Under the pieces are notes generated by a model. The model searched no databases and was not told where the DNA came from. It saw nothing but the letters and a program-made list of their open reading frames with translations. Both the position numbers and the translations under genes were made by a program. A stretch of DNA of 64,000 bases from IMG/VR virus record IMGVR_UViG_3300022602_000033. The stretch is one strand, 5' to 3'. The stretch comes from a virus. Within the stretch, counting starts at the first letter, position 1. Each line of letters opens with the position of its first letter. Positions 36,817-44,392 of this stretch are shown here, in pieces.

Positions 36817-39125
36817 GGATGTGCCTCCACATAGGCTGCTAATCTTGCTTCTAGAGCGTTTACCTTAGCATCGAGTTCTTGCAAGGCGCCAGTCAATCTG
36901 GCTACAAGCTTGGCAGAATCAAGACCCTGTGGAACCAAGCCTTTATCTGGGTCTACAGCGTCTTTCTCGCCGTGCACAGCATATGGTGCTATCTCCTGCA
37001 CTTCGTGGGCTATGAAACCTTCGCTGTAAGTACCATCGGCTGTCCAATCAAACGTGACTGGGCGCAGCTTGCTGATCCATGCAAGGCTGCTGGTCATGGT
37101 TTGCACGTTGGTCTTGAGCCTGTAATCCGAAGTCACAGTGAATGCACTGGCATACAGCGGCACATATGTGCTGGGTCCAGCATTGAGGAAACGATAACCA
37201 GACACAGTGAAAGCACCTGTGCTGGCACGATAGTTTATGTATATGTCGCTGGTCTGCCCTAGATTCGCTGCAAAGTCAAATTCATTATTTGAATATATGA
37301 AACCATTGATGCCGTTGGTAGCTAGGCTGTAATTGGTGTTACCAGTGGCTATGCTCATCCTATATCCTGCTGAGGTAGAGGTGCTTGTGCCAACTAATAG
37401 GTTACCATAGGTGTCAATGCGCATGGCTTCGTTACCAGCGTTCCTGTACCAAGCATGATAAGGTGCTGCTGTGCCTGTGCCCTGTATCTGATAGAGGTTG
37501 TAACCAGTCTGTAGATCATAGATCAGATATTGATTGTTGGCGTTAAGCCCAACTCCTGTGAATATGTTGTTGGTGCTACCATCGCTGTTCAGAGCTCTGT
37601 AGCGTGTGCCTACCTGTGCACCATTGCTGTTACCGTAGAGCTGGAGCTGGCTATATCCACTGCTCCATATGTCCAGCTGATAGCTTGGGCTGTTGGTACC
37701 TATACCAACTAACCCACTGCTGCTAATGCGCATGCGTTCGATTGCGCCAGTGGCAAATGCAATTGGGGTACCACCATTTGTCCAGACTAAAGCATTTGAC
37801 ACATTTTGAAATAAAAGATACCCAAGGCCGGCATTGGATAACCCAGCAGTTGTTCCAGTGGCAGAGTTTCCATTTTGCCCTAAAAAAGTCCCGGTGTATG
37901 TTGGGGTAGAAAGGTAATCACTAGCAACAATGCCCATTCTTGGCGTGTCAGTTGAAGATGTGCCGCTAACGGTTAATTTGCCAATTGATTCGGGATTAGG
38001 CGTCCCCATACCCATATTACCAGCATCAGTGAAGGTAAACAGGTCGGTTGTGGTTGACGAGATCCTAGAAGATAGATTGTATTTCCAACCAGTGCCATCA
38101 CCTATCAGCACACGACCGCTCACAGGACTTCCCCAACCTCCTGTATAATAGGCGCTACCACCTGCGCGAGCAGGGATGTCAGCATTACCCGTGCTGCGAA
38201 TGCTGTTGTTTACCTCTAGTTGCACGCTAGGAGAAGTGGTGTTTACACCCAAGAAGCCAGCTGCGGTCCAGTAAGGTCCACCAGTGCTGAGGCTGGTTGG
38301 CACCACGCTGCCCTGGGCAGGCGTGCTGACCATGCTGTTCACGCTGTTGATGATGATCTCTATGCTGGCACCCGCGGGCGGTGCCGTGGCGAAGGTGATG
38401 TTGGTGCCAGTCCAGGTGTACTGGCTCTTGCTCTGGTAGATGCTGCCCACGTACACCGTGGTGTTAAGCACGCTGGTGGCAGAGTAGTTGCCAGTGGCAA
38501 ACACGGTCTGTGAGCCTGTTCCTGTGTAGTTGAACAGGCTGGGATTGGCCAGCGCAGTGCTGAGATAGCTGCCATCACTGAACACCAGATTGCGCTGCAC
38601 CGTGAGATTGCTGCTGATCGTGACGTTGCCTAGGTTGTCCCAGCTGGGACCACCTGTGCTGAGCGTGCTGGGTGTGACAGATCCTGCAGCAGGCACGGTG
38701 ATCACGGTGTTGATGGTCTGTATGTTGATCTCTATGGCCGTGCCCGCAGGTGGTGGCTGCGTGAAGGTTATGGTAGTACCTGTCCATGTGTATTGGTTCT
38801 TGCGCTGATACACGCCTGATATGAACACGTTGGTGTTGAGCGTGCTGGTGGCTGAGTAGTTGCCAGTGCTGAACGCAGTGGTCACGCCATCGCCCGTGTA
38901 GTCAAACACTGAGCTGGCGCCGCTGGCCGTGCTCAGCACTGATCCGTCGGCAAACACCAAGCTGCGACCCACTATGGTGTTGCTGGTGCTGCTGATGTTG
39001 CCCTGGCCGTCGATGGTGAATTCCGTGCTGCCCGTGATGGTGTTGCTGAACACCGTGCTGTTGGCAGTGCTGTTCTGCACCGTGAGTGCGTAGTTGCTGA
39101 GCCCGTATGCGGGTGAGTTGGCCAT
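36813..39125 (-). CDS. Fibre protein: class E N-terminus, two GVYQ-type domains, C-terminal intramolecular chaperone (peptidase S74)
   Basis: Two YTG.G...YQ.K.QYTWTGT domains; TSDYRLK...LRPV.F.W...GFIAHEVQ then coiled coil. Confidence 0.85.
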   Translation of the reverse strand: MANSPAYGLSNYALTVQNSTANSTVFSNTITGSTEFTIDGQGNISSTSNTIVGRSLVFADGSVLSTASGASSVFDYTGDGVTTAFSTGNYSATSTLNTNVFISGVYQRKNQYTWTGTTITFTQPPPAGTAIEINIQTINTVITVPAAGSVTPSTLSTGGPSWDNLGNVTISSNLTVQRNLVFSDGSYLSTALANPSLFNYTGTGSQTVFATGNYSATSVLNTTVYVGSIYQSKSQYTWTGTNITFATAPPAGASIEIIINSVNSMVSTPAQGSVVPTSLSTGGPYWTAAGFLGVNTTSPSVQLEVNNSIRSTGNADIPARAGGSAYYTGGWGSPVSGRVLIGDGTGWKYNLSSRISSTTTDLFTFTDAGNMGMGTPNPESIGKLTVSGTSSTDTPRMGIVASDYLSTPTYTGTFLGQNGNSATGTTAGLSNAGLGYLLFQNVSNALVWTNGGTPIAFATGAIERMRISSSGLVGIGTNSPSYQLDIWSSGYSQLQLYGNSNGAQVGTRYRALNSDGSTNNIFTGVGLNANNQYLIYDLQTGYNLYQIQGTGTAAPYHAWYRNAGNEAMRIDTYGNLLVGTSTSTSAGYRMSIATGNTNYSLATNGINGFIYSNNEFDFAANLGQTSDIYINYRASTGAFTVSGYRFLNAGPSTYVPLYASAFTVTSDYRLKTNVQTMTSSLAWISKLRPVTFDWTADGTYSEGFIAHEVQEIAPYAVHGEKDAVDPDKGLVPQGLDSAKLVARLTGALQELDAKVNALEARLAAYVEAHP

Positions 39126-39148
39126 GTGGTTTCCTGATCAGTGGCAGA

Positions 39149-39154
39149 TATTTA
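39149..39154 (-). promoter_or_regulatory. Late promoter core TAAATA within inverted repeat
   Basis: CAGATAAATATCTG on - strand upstream of the AGGA RBS of 39125. Confidence 0.65.
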
Positions 39155-39162
39155 TCTGGAGA

Positions 39163-40329
39163 TCAATAGTAGATAACACAGTAGGCACCACCACCGCCCG
39201 TGCTGGTATACTGGCTGGTGCTGATCACTATGTCACCGCCCCAGGCATACTTGCTCCAACCGTTGTAGGTGTCTATGGTCTTGGCCAGATCTGGGTCTTC
39301 ATACATGGCTGGGATCTGCTGCTCACCCGTGAAGGTAGCACCCTGTATCACGGTTGGTCCTATGAAACCGCTGCCTCCGCCGCCTCCAGCCATGGTGTTG
39401 GATTCGTAATAGCCACCGCCACCGCCGCCCCAGTAGCCGCCGCCACCTCCGCCACCATAGGCGTTGCTGGACCCGTATCCGCCTGCCAGCGCCCCGCTGC
39501 CGCCCCCTGCGTTACCTTGCGTGACACCTGTTGCTCCTGCAGAAGTCTGCGTGCCCGGACCTCCGCCGCTGCTGGCGCGACCGTCATAGGGGCTGTTACC
39601 AGTCTGGCCGCTAGCTCCCCCTCCTGCACCTCCCCAGTTGCCATCAAGGAAGCGGCTGCTGCCTCCGCCACCACCACCACCGGCTATGAGCAGCGCACCT
39701 GCTTGGCTGACACTGCCTCTGAATATGCCGCTGTAGCCGCCTCCAGATCCCGCATATCGATTATCTGAGTTGTTGTACATGCCGCCTCCGCCGCCGTAGC
39801 TATTCACAGTTGCTCCCGGATAGTTACATTGGCCTGCCACGCCAACCACCAGCGTCAGCGTCTCGCCTGGTACCACAGGTATGATGCCTCTGCTGTGACC
39901 ACCACCGCCGCCTCTGCTGCCTGTGTTCCAGCCACCGCTGCTGCCGCCGCCACCACCAGCTCCCCACAGCTTGGCATAGATGTACTGCACGCCAGCTGGG
40001 ACCACCAAGCTTTGGTTAGCACCTGTGGGTATGTAGACCACACGAGTCCTACCCGCAGGCGTCACGGTCTGGCTCTGGCTGATGAAGGTGAATCCCGCGT
40101 AGCTTGTGAGCACGTTGCCGGTGTTGTCCAGCGCAAGGTACACGTTGCCGCTGTTGCCTAGTCCCAGCGTGCTGGTGCCAGTGATCACTGACAGGTTGCC
40201 TATCTGCGCCTGGCCTATGCTGTTGGGCACGATGTTTGAACCTGCGATCAGAGTGGTGGTGCTGTTGCTGACCAAACCGCTGCCACCTGCGGCCGATATG
40301 CCGTTCTGTCCATCTATGATGATGCTCAT
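39163..40329 (-). CDS. Glycine-rich tip protein, class A N-terminus (tandem paralog of 40642)
   Basis: TGA.QS.VVPAG...AKLWGAGG...IAGGGGGGG...YGGGGGGGYWGGGGG. Confidence 0.8.
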   Translation of the reverse strand: MSIIIDGQNGISAAGGSGLVSNSTTTLIAGSNIVPNSIGQAQIGNLSVITGTSTLGLGNSGNVYLALDNTGNVLTSYAGFTFISQSQTVTPAGRTRVVYIPTGANQSLVVPAGVQYIYAKLWGAGGGGGSSGGWNTGSRGGGGGHSRGIIPVVPGETLTLVVGVAGQCNYPGATVNSYGGGGGMYNNSDNRYAGSGGGYSGIFRGSVSQAGALLIAGGGGGGGSSRFLDGNWGGAGGGASGQTGNSPYDGRASSGGGPGTQTSAGATGVTQGNAGGGSGALAGGYGSSNAYGGGGGGGYWGGGGGGYYESNTMAGGGGGSGFIGPTVIQGATFTGEQQIPAMYEDPDLAKTIDTYNGWSKYAWGGDIVISTSQYTSTGGGGAYCVIYY

Positions 40330-40631
40330 GGCTTGGGATACCTCGCCTTGACAGCAGCTATCTGATCTGCCATGTCTTGTGGGAATGCACCAGCGCGATA
40401 CAGTGCATCCAGCTGTTCGCCTATGCTTGGATAGTCCATGGCCCTCTGCCGCTGATAGTGCGTGATGTCCCAGGCTGCCTGCAGCTGATCGCGCTGTGCT
40501 GCTACCTCGGCTTCAGTGGGAGCAGAGTTTTCGCTGTCAAACCACTGCATTGTCTCCCAGAGATCATCCTTGATGGTGAAAGCCGAGCCCGGTCTCAGCG
40601 CAAGCATGGCATCTGTGTAGGTGTATCTCAT
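40326..40631 (-). CDS. Small fibre assembly chaperone (XkdW-like)
   Basis: A..LRPG...W....PTEAE....YQRQR..YPSI.EQLD.L...VKA.YPK. Confidence 0.72.
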   Translation of the reverse strand: MRYTYTDAMLALRPGSAFTIKDDLWETMQWFDSENSAPTEAEVAAQRDQLQAAWDITHYQRQRAMDYPSIGEQLDALYRAGAFPQDMADQIAAVKARYPKP

Positions 40632-40641
40632 GTCATCGCTC

Positions 40642-41820
40642 CTAGTAGTAGATCACGCAGTAGCCGCCGCCGCCACCAGTGCTGGTGTATTGTGCGCCGC
40701 CGCTGATGTTGGCATCGCCGCCCCAGCCGTATTTGTTCCATCCGTTGTATGTATCCACAGTCTTGGCCAGATCTTGGTCTTCGTACAAAGCTGGCCAGTT
40801 CTGCTGTCCAGTGAAGGTAGCCCCGAATCGCACGCTGGCAGATATGAAGCCGCTGCCACCACCTCCTCCAGCCATGGTGTTGGGTTCTATGTAACCGCCA
40901 CCGCCACCGCCCCAGTAGCCTCCGCCGCCACCGCCACCATAGGGATTGGTGCTGACAGGTCCGCCAGCGCCTCCTGTGAGCGCCGTGCCAGCTGCTGCGC
41001 CCGTACCAGCAGCTCCACCGCCTGTCTGACTGCCAGGACCGCCGCCGTAGGCGCTATAGCTATCATAGGGTGCGTTACCAGTCTGGCCAGTGGGGCCACC
41101 GCCAGCTCCGCCCCAGTTGCCATCACGGAACCTGCTGCTGCCACCACCACCACCGCCACCAGATATGAGCAGCGCATTGGCTTGGCTGTTGCTGGCGCCT
41201 CTGAATATGCCTGTGAGCCCGCCTCCACTGCCACAGAAATAGTTGTTGGTGTTGGTGGCCAATCCGCCCCCGCCGCCGTATCTGGGTGTGGTGCTGCCTG
41301 CATAGTTGGTCTGGCCTGCTAAACCAACCATTATGGTCAGCGTCTCGGTTGGTACCACGGGTATCAGCCCACGAGCATGCCCACCGCCACCGCCTCTGCT
41401 GCCAGTGACCCAGCCACCCTGGCTGCCAGCTGCGCCGCCTGCACCCCACAGTTTCGCGTATATCCACGTGATGCCTGCAGGTACCACAAAGCTCTGATCA
41501 GCACCAGTTGGTATGAAAACCACCCTGGTCTTGTTGGTGGGCAGCACCTGCACCTGCTGGCTCACGAATGTGAACTGTGCGAAGTTGGTCAGCAAGTTTC
41601 CCGTGCTGTCCAAGGTCACGGTGGCATTGCCGGCTGTGGTCAGCGTGAGGCTGTTGGTCCCGCTGATGAGGGTGTTCACGGTACCAATCTGTCCGCTGGT
41701 TATAGTGTTCAACGCCAGCGTGCTGGCCTGCACAGATGCCGGGGGTGCTGAGCTGGCATTCACTACTGTGCTAACGCCAGTGCCACTGATGCCATTGGTT
41801 CCATCAATGATGATGGTCAT
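40642..41820 (-). CDS. Glycine-rich tip protein, class A N-terminus
   Basis: Co-linear and highly similar to 39163..40329. Confidence 0.8.
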   Translation of the reverse strand: MTIIIDGTNGISGTGVSTVVNASSAPPASVQASTLALNTITSGQIGTVNTLISGTNSLTLTTAGNATVTLDSTGNLLTNFAQFTFVSQQVQVLPTNKTRVVFIPTGADQSFVVPAGITWIYAKLWGAGGAAGSQGGWVTGSRGGGGGHARGLIPVVPTETLTIMVGLAGQTNYAGSTTPRYGGGGGLATNTNNYFCGSGGGLTGIFRGASNSQANALLISGGGGGGGSSRFRDGNWGGAGGGPTGQTGNAPYDSYSAYGGGPGSQTGGGAAGTGAAAGTALTGGAGGPVSTNPYGGGGGGGYWGGGGGGYIEPNTMAGGGGGSGFISASVRFGATFTGQQNWPALYEDQDLAKTVDTYNGWNKYGWGGDANISGGAQYTSTGGGGGYCVIYY

Positions 41821-41823
41821 GGG

Positions 41824-42942
41824 TTAGAGCTCCGCAAACAGAGCGTAGTCAAAATCATAGCCGGCTCCTAATACCAAAGGGGTATTCGATAGTGCTATGT
41901 AACCATAGCCCTGAGCACCCCAGTTTGGATAACCGCCTATGTTCAATGCAGCAGTTGCTCCGCTAACCGTGGTGCGCACTTGATTGGCAGTGCTGTTGTT
42001 GTAAATCTGCACCGTGCTGGGAGCAGCACGCATGGGCACAGAGCTGGATAACCTCGTGGTGATGCCACTGGTAGCATAGGCAATGCCGCTGGCTGTTCCC
42101 ACAGCCAGAGCGCTGGTTATTGGACTATATGTGGTGAAATAATACCGTTGGCACATGCTCAGCTCAACACCGTAGTTTCTGCGCTCAAATGTTGTGGCTA
42201 CACCACCTGGCTCCAGCTGCACACCGGTAATGTATAACACAGCTCCCGATGTAGCCACAGTGTTCACCGCACCAACAGCCGACCAGTACGAACCGCTAGC
42301 CCAGGCTCCTGCTGTCCCTTGATAGGTCGAACCAGTACCTAGATTCAAGTTCACATATAAACCAACACCATTGGTGGTCAGCCAAGTTCCTGCTCCGCCT
42401 GTGTCGCCGGGTATCACTATTGTGAAATACTGCCAAGTGTTAGCTGCAGATATGGTATATAGGAAAGGATAGCTCCTCGAACCTGCATAATTCACTATAG
42501 CACCACCATAATTGCCTTGGAGGTTGCTGTAGGCCCAGAAGCTGATCGTCACAGTCTTGGCCAAACCAGTACCCCAGGCTAGGTCGCTGATGTTGTATCC
42601 CTCTATTGGTTGCTGTAGCAATATGAGATCACTGCTTACCGGTGAATAAGCACTGAGCGATGTCATTCCCAGATAATTGGTGTAACCAGATGGCGTTGTG
42701 ACTGAGCCGGCATTCTGTTGAGCAGATAGCTTGCTAGCTTGGCTGGAGTAGATGCCCCATCTGTCAGTGATATATGTCCTTACGCCTGTTGCGGTTACAG
42801 TGACACTGGCTCCAGCATTCCTCTGATCTATGACCATTGCGCCGTTGATTATGCGGTTGCGGAAACCTGTGTAGCCAGCCGTGCCCTGTGTGCTTGCGTC
42901 GTTGAAGGTGATGCCTGCCTGTCCGTCTACTATGGTGGTCAT
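41824..42942 (-). CDS. Fibre/adhesin protein, CQRY-AEL family (class A N-terminus)
   Basis: MTTIVDG..GITF; GFRNRIINGAMVIDQR...CQRY...FAEL. Confidence 0.8.
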   Translation of the reverse strand: MTTIVDGQAGITFNDASTQGTAGYTGFRNRIINGAMVIDQRNAGASVTVTATGVRTYITDRWGIYSSQASKLSAQQNAGSVTTPSGYTNYLGMTSLSAYSPVSSDLILLQQPIEGYNISDLAWGTGLAKTVTISFWAYSNLQGNYGGAIVNYAGSRSYPFLYTISAANTWQYFTIVIPGDTGGAGTWLTTNGVGLYVNLNLGTGSTYQGTAGAWASGSYWSAVGAVNTVATSGAVLYITGVQLEPGGVATTFERRNYGVELSMCQRYYFTTYSPITSALAVGTASGIAYATSGITTRLSSSVPMRAAPSTVQIYNNSTANQVRTTVSGATAALNIGGYPNWGAQGYGYIALSNTPLVLGAGYDFDYALFAEL

Positions 42943-43274
42943 TGCGTATCACCCTTGGGATATTGAGCCTTGACAGTGGCCAAAGTGGTATAGAAGTCAC
43001 TGGTCTTGTCCAGCTTGCCCTGATCAAGGGCATGCCACAGCATGTCCAGCTGATCATTGATGCTGGGATAAGCTCTGTATCGATCCGTCCTGTATGATTT
43101 GGAATCATAGTCTGCTTGCAGCCTTGCGATCTCCGCCGCAATCTCATCGCGCGTTGGCATAACTTGCGTGTCATCAAGCCACTGCAGTTGATCATAGTCT
43201 TCAGACAACATGCTCCAAGCAGCGCCTGGTCGCAGGCTGAGCAGTGCATCAGTGGTAGTAGCCTGTTTATTCAT
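42939..43274 (-). CDS. Small fibre assembly chaperone (XkdW-like)
   Basis: AL.SLRPGA.W...W.D...PT..EI...Y...R..AYPSI.DQLD.L...VKA.YPK. Confidence 0.72.
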   Translation of the reverse strand: MNKQATTTDALLSLRPGAAWSMLSEDYDQLQWLDDTQVMPTRDEIAAEIARLQADYDSKSYRTDRYRAYPSINDQLDMLWHALDQGKLDKTSDFYTTLATVKAQYPKGDTQ

Positions 43275-43987
43275 TGTGCTATCTCCATGACCGTTATGGT
43301 GCTCAAGGGCATACCATCATAGTCAGTGCCGCCGTTCTGGTATGTGGTCTGACGATTCACATACACTGTAGGACTACCGCTGTAACCACGCAGCTGCACG
43401 CCATAGGTCAGGGCGCTGGTTGTGGCTGGTGTGTCTATGTGCTGTCCGCCAAGCATTCCCATCCTGTACTGTAGGTCACCAGTGGCCTGTCCGCTGTACA
43501 TGTTTATGCGACCAGTCACGCCAGCACGACCGCCTTCAGCTGAACCTATCACACCGCTTGGCACTGATCCGTTGCGCAGGATCTGATATTGCTGCTGGTA
43601 ACCATCTGCGGTAGGATCAACACCCACATACATGTTAACCATCACAAGGATCTTGCTGGTATTGCTGGTTGGTGTTATGGTCACGGACAGACCTGTGACG
43701 GTGACCCAGTAGCCGCTTCCTGATGCACCCAAGGCCGTGAATGAGGTTCCCAAGCTGCCCTGCAGGACCTGCAGTATAGTTCCAGCTGGCATGCTAGCGC
43801 TGCTGATGCCACGCGCTGCTACGTTGAGAGTGTTAACAGAAATGCCACCCATCGTGACATTGCTGTTGCTGTTGATGGTCATGGCCACGTTACCAGTGCC
43901 TAGACCAGTGCTGAAGGTCATGTTGCCTGAGTTGTCAGGTGTGATGATCAATCCCGTGCCGGGCACTGCCTGAAGGTTAACGGCCAT
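43271..43987 (-). CDS. Fibre tip protein, EIAA family, class B N-terminus
   Basis: GTILQV...VTITPTS.TSKILV...DTPATTSA.TY..Q...STITVMEIAQ. Confidence 0.8.
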   Translation of the reverse strand: MAVNLQAVPGTGLIITPDNSGNMTFSTGLGTGNVAMTINSNSNVTMGGISVNTLNVAARGISSASMPAGTILQVLQGSLGTSFTALGASGSGYWVTVTGLSVTITPTSNTSKILVMVNMYVGVDPTADGYQQQYQILRNGSVPSGVIGSAEGGRAGVTGRINMYSGQATGDLQYRMGMLGGQHIDTPATTSALTYGVQLRGYSGSPTVYVNRQTTYQNGGTDYDGMPLSTITVMEIAQ

Positions 43988-43999
43988 GTGTGCTCTCCA

Positions 44000-44392
44000 T
44001 CATACTATGACCCATCTGCTGCCGCTCTGTACTGTGACGTTGGCACCGGTGGCTATGGTGAGGTTGCCCACGCTGAGCGCATTCTTGCCCACAGGCACCA
44101 CGTATGGCGCGTTCACGCTCTGGCCAAAGGTCTGCACAGCGCCACCTGGGCTGCTGCTGTAGTTGGTGCTGTTGAGATTGCCAGTGATGTCCAGCACATA
44201 CTGTGGTACTGCGCTGCCTATGCCCACGTTGCCCCAGAACACTGCTGCGGCCTGGGTGGCTGTGCCAGCCACTGTGAGCGCACCATAGATGCTGCTGGTA
44301 CCCATGCCCACGCCGCCGCCAGTGGTGATCAGCTGCGTGCCACCCACATGCAGGCCATCCGTGTCTAGCCAAAGCGTCTGGTTGGTGGTCAT
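44000..44392 (-). CDS. Short fibre adaptor with C-terminal 'WVIV' domain
   Basis: GNVGIG motif; Y.VP.GKNALSVG.LTI..G..VTV.SGSRWVIV. Confidence 0.72.
   Translation of the reverse strand: MTTNQTLWLDTDGLHVGGTQLITTGGGVGMGTSSIYGALTVAGTATQAAAVFWGNVGIGSAVPQYVLDITGNLNSTNYSSSPGGAVQTFGQSVNAPYVVPVGKNALSVGNLTIATGANVTVQSGSRWVIV

Noticed and set aside
11861-44392. Stop-codon reassignment or readthrough fusing the short fibre genes
   Set aside because: TAA, TAG and TGA all terminate genes at family-conserved C-termini, junction phases vary, and downstream genes have their own RBS.
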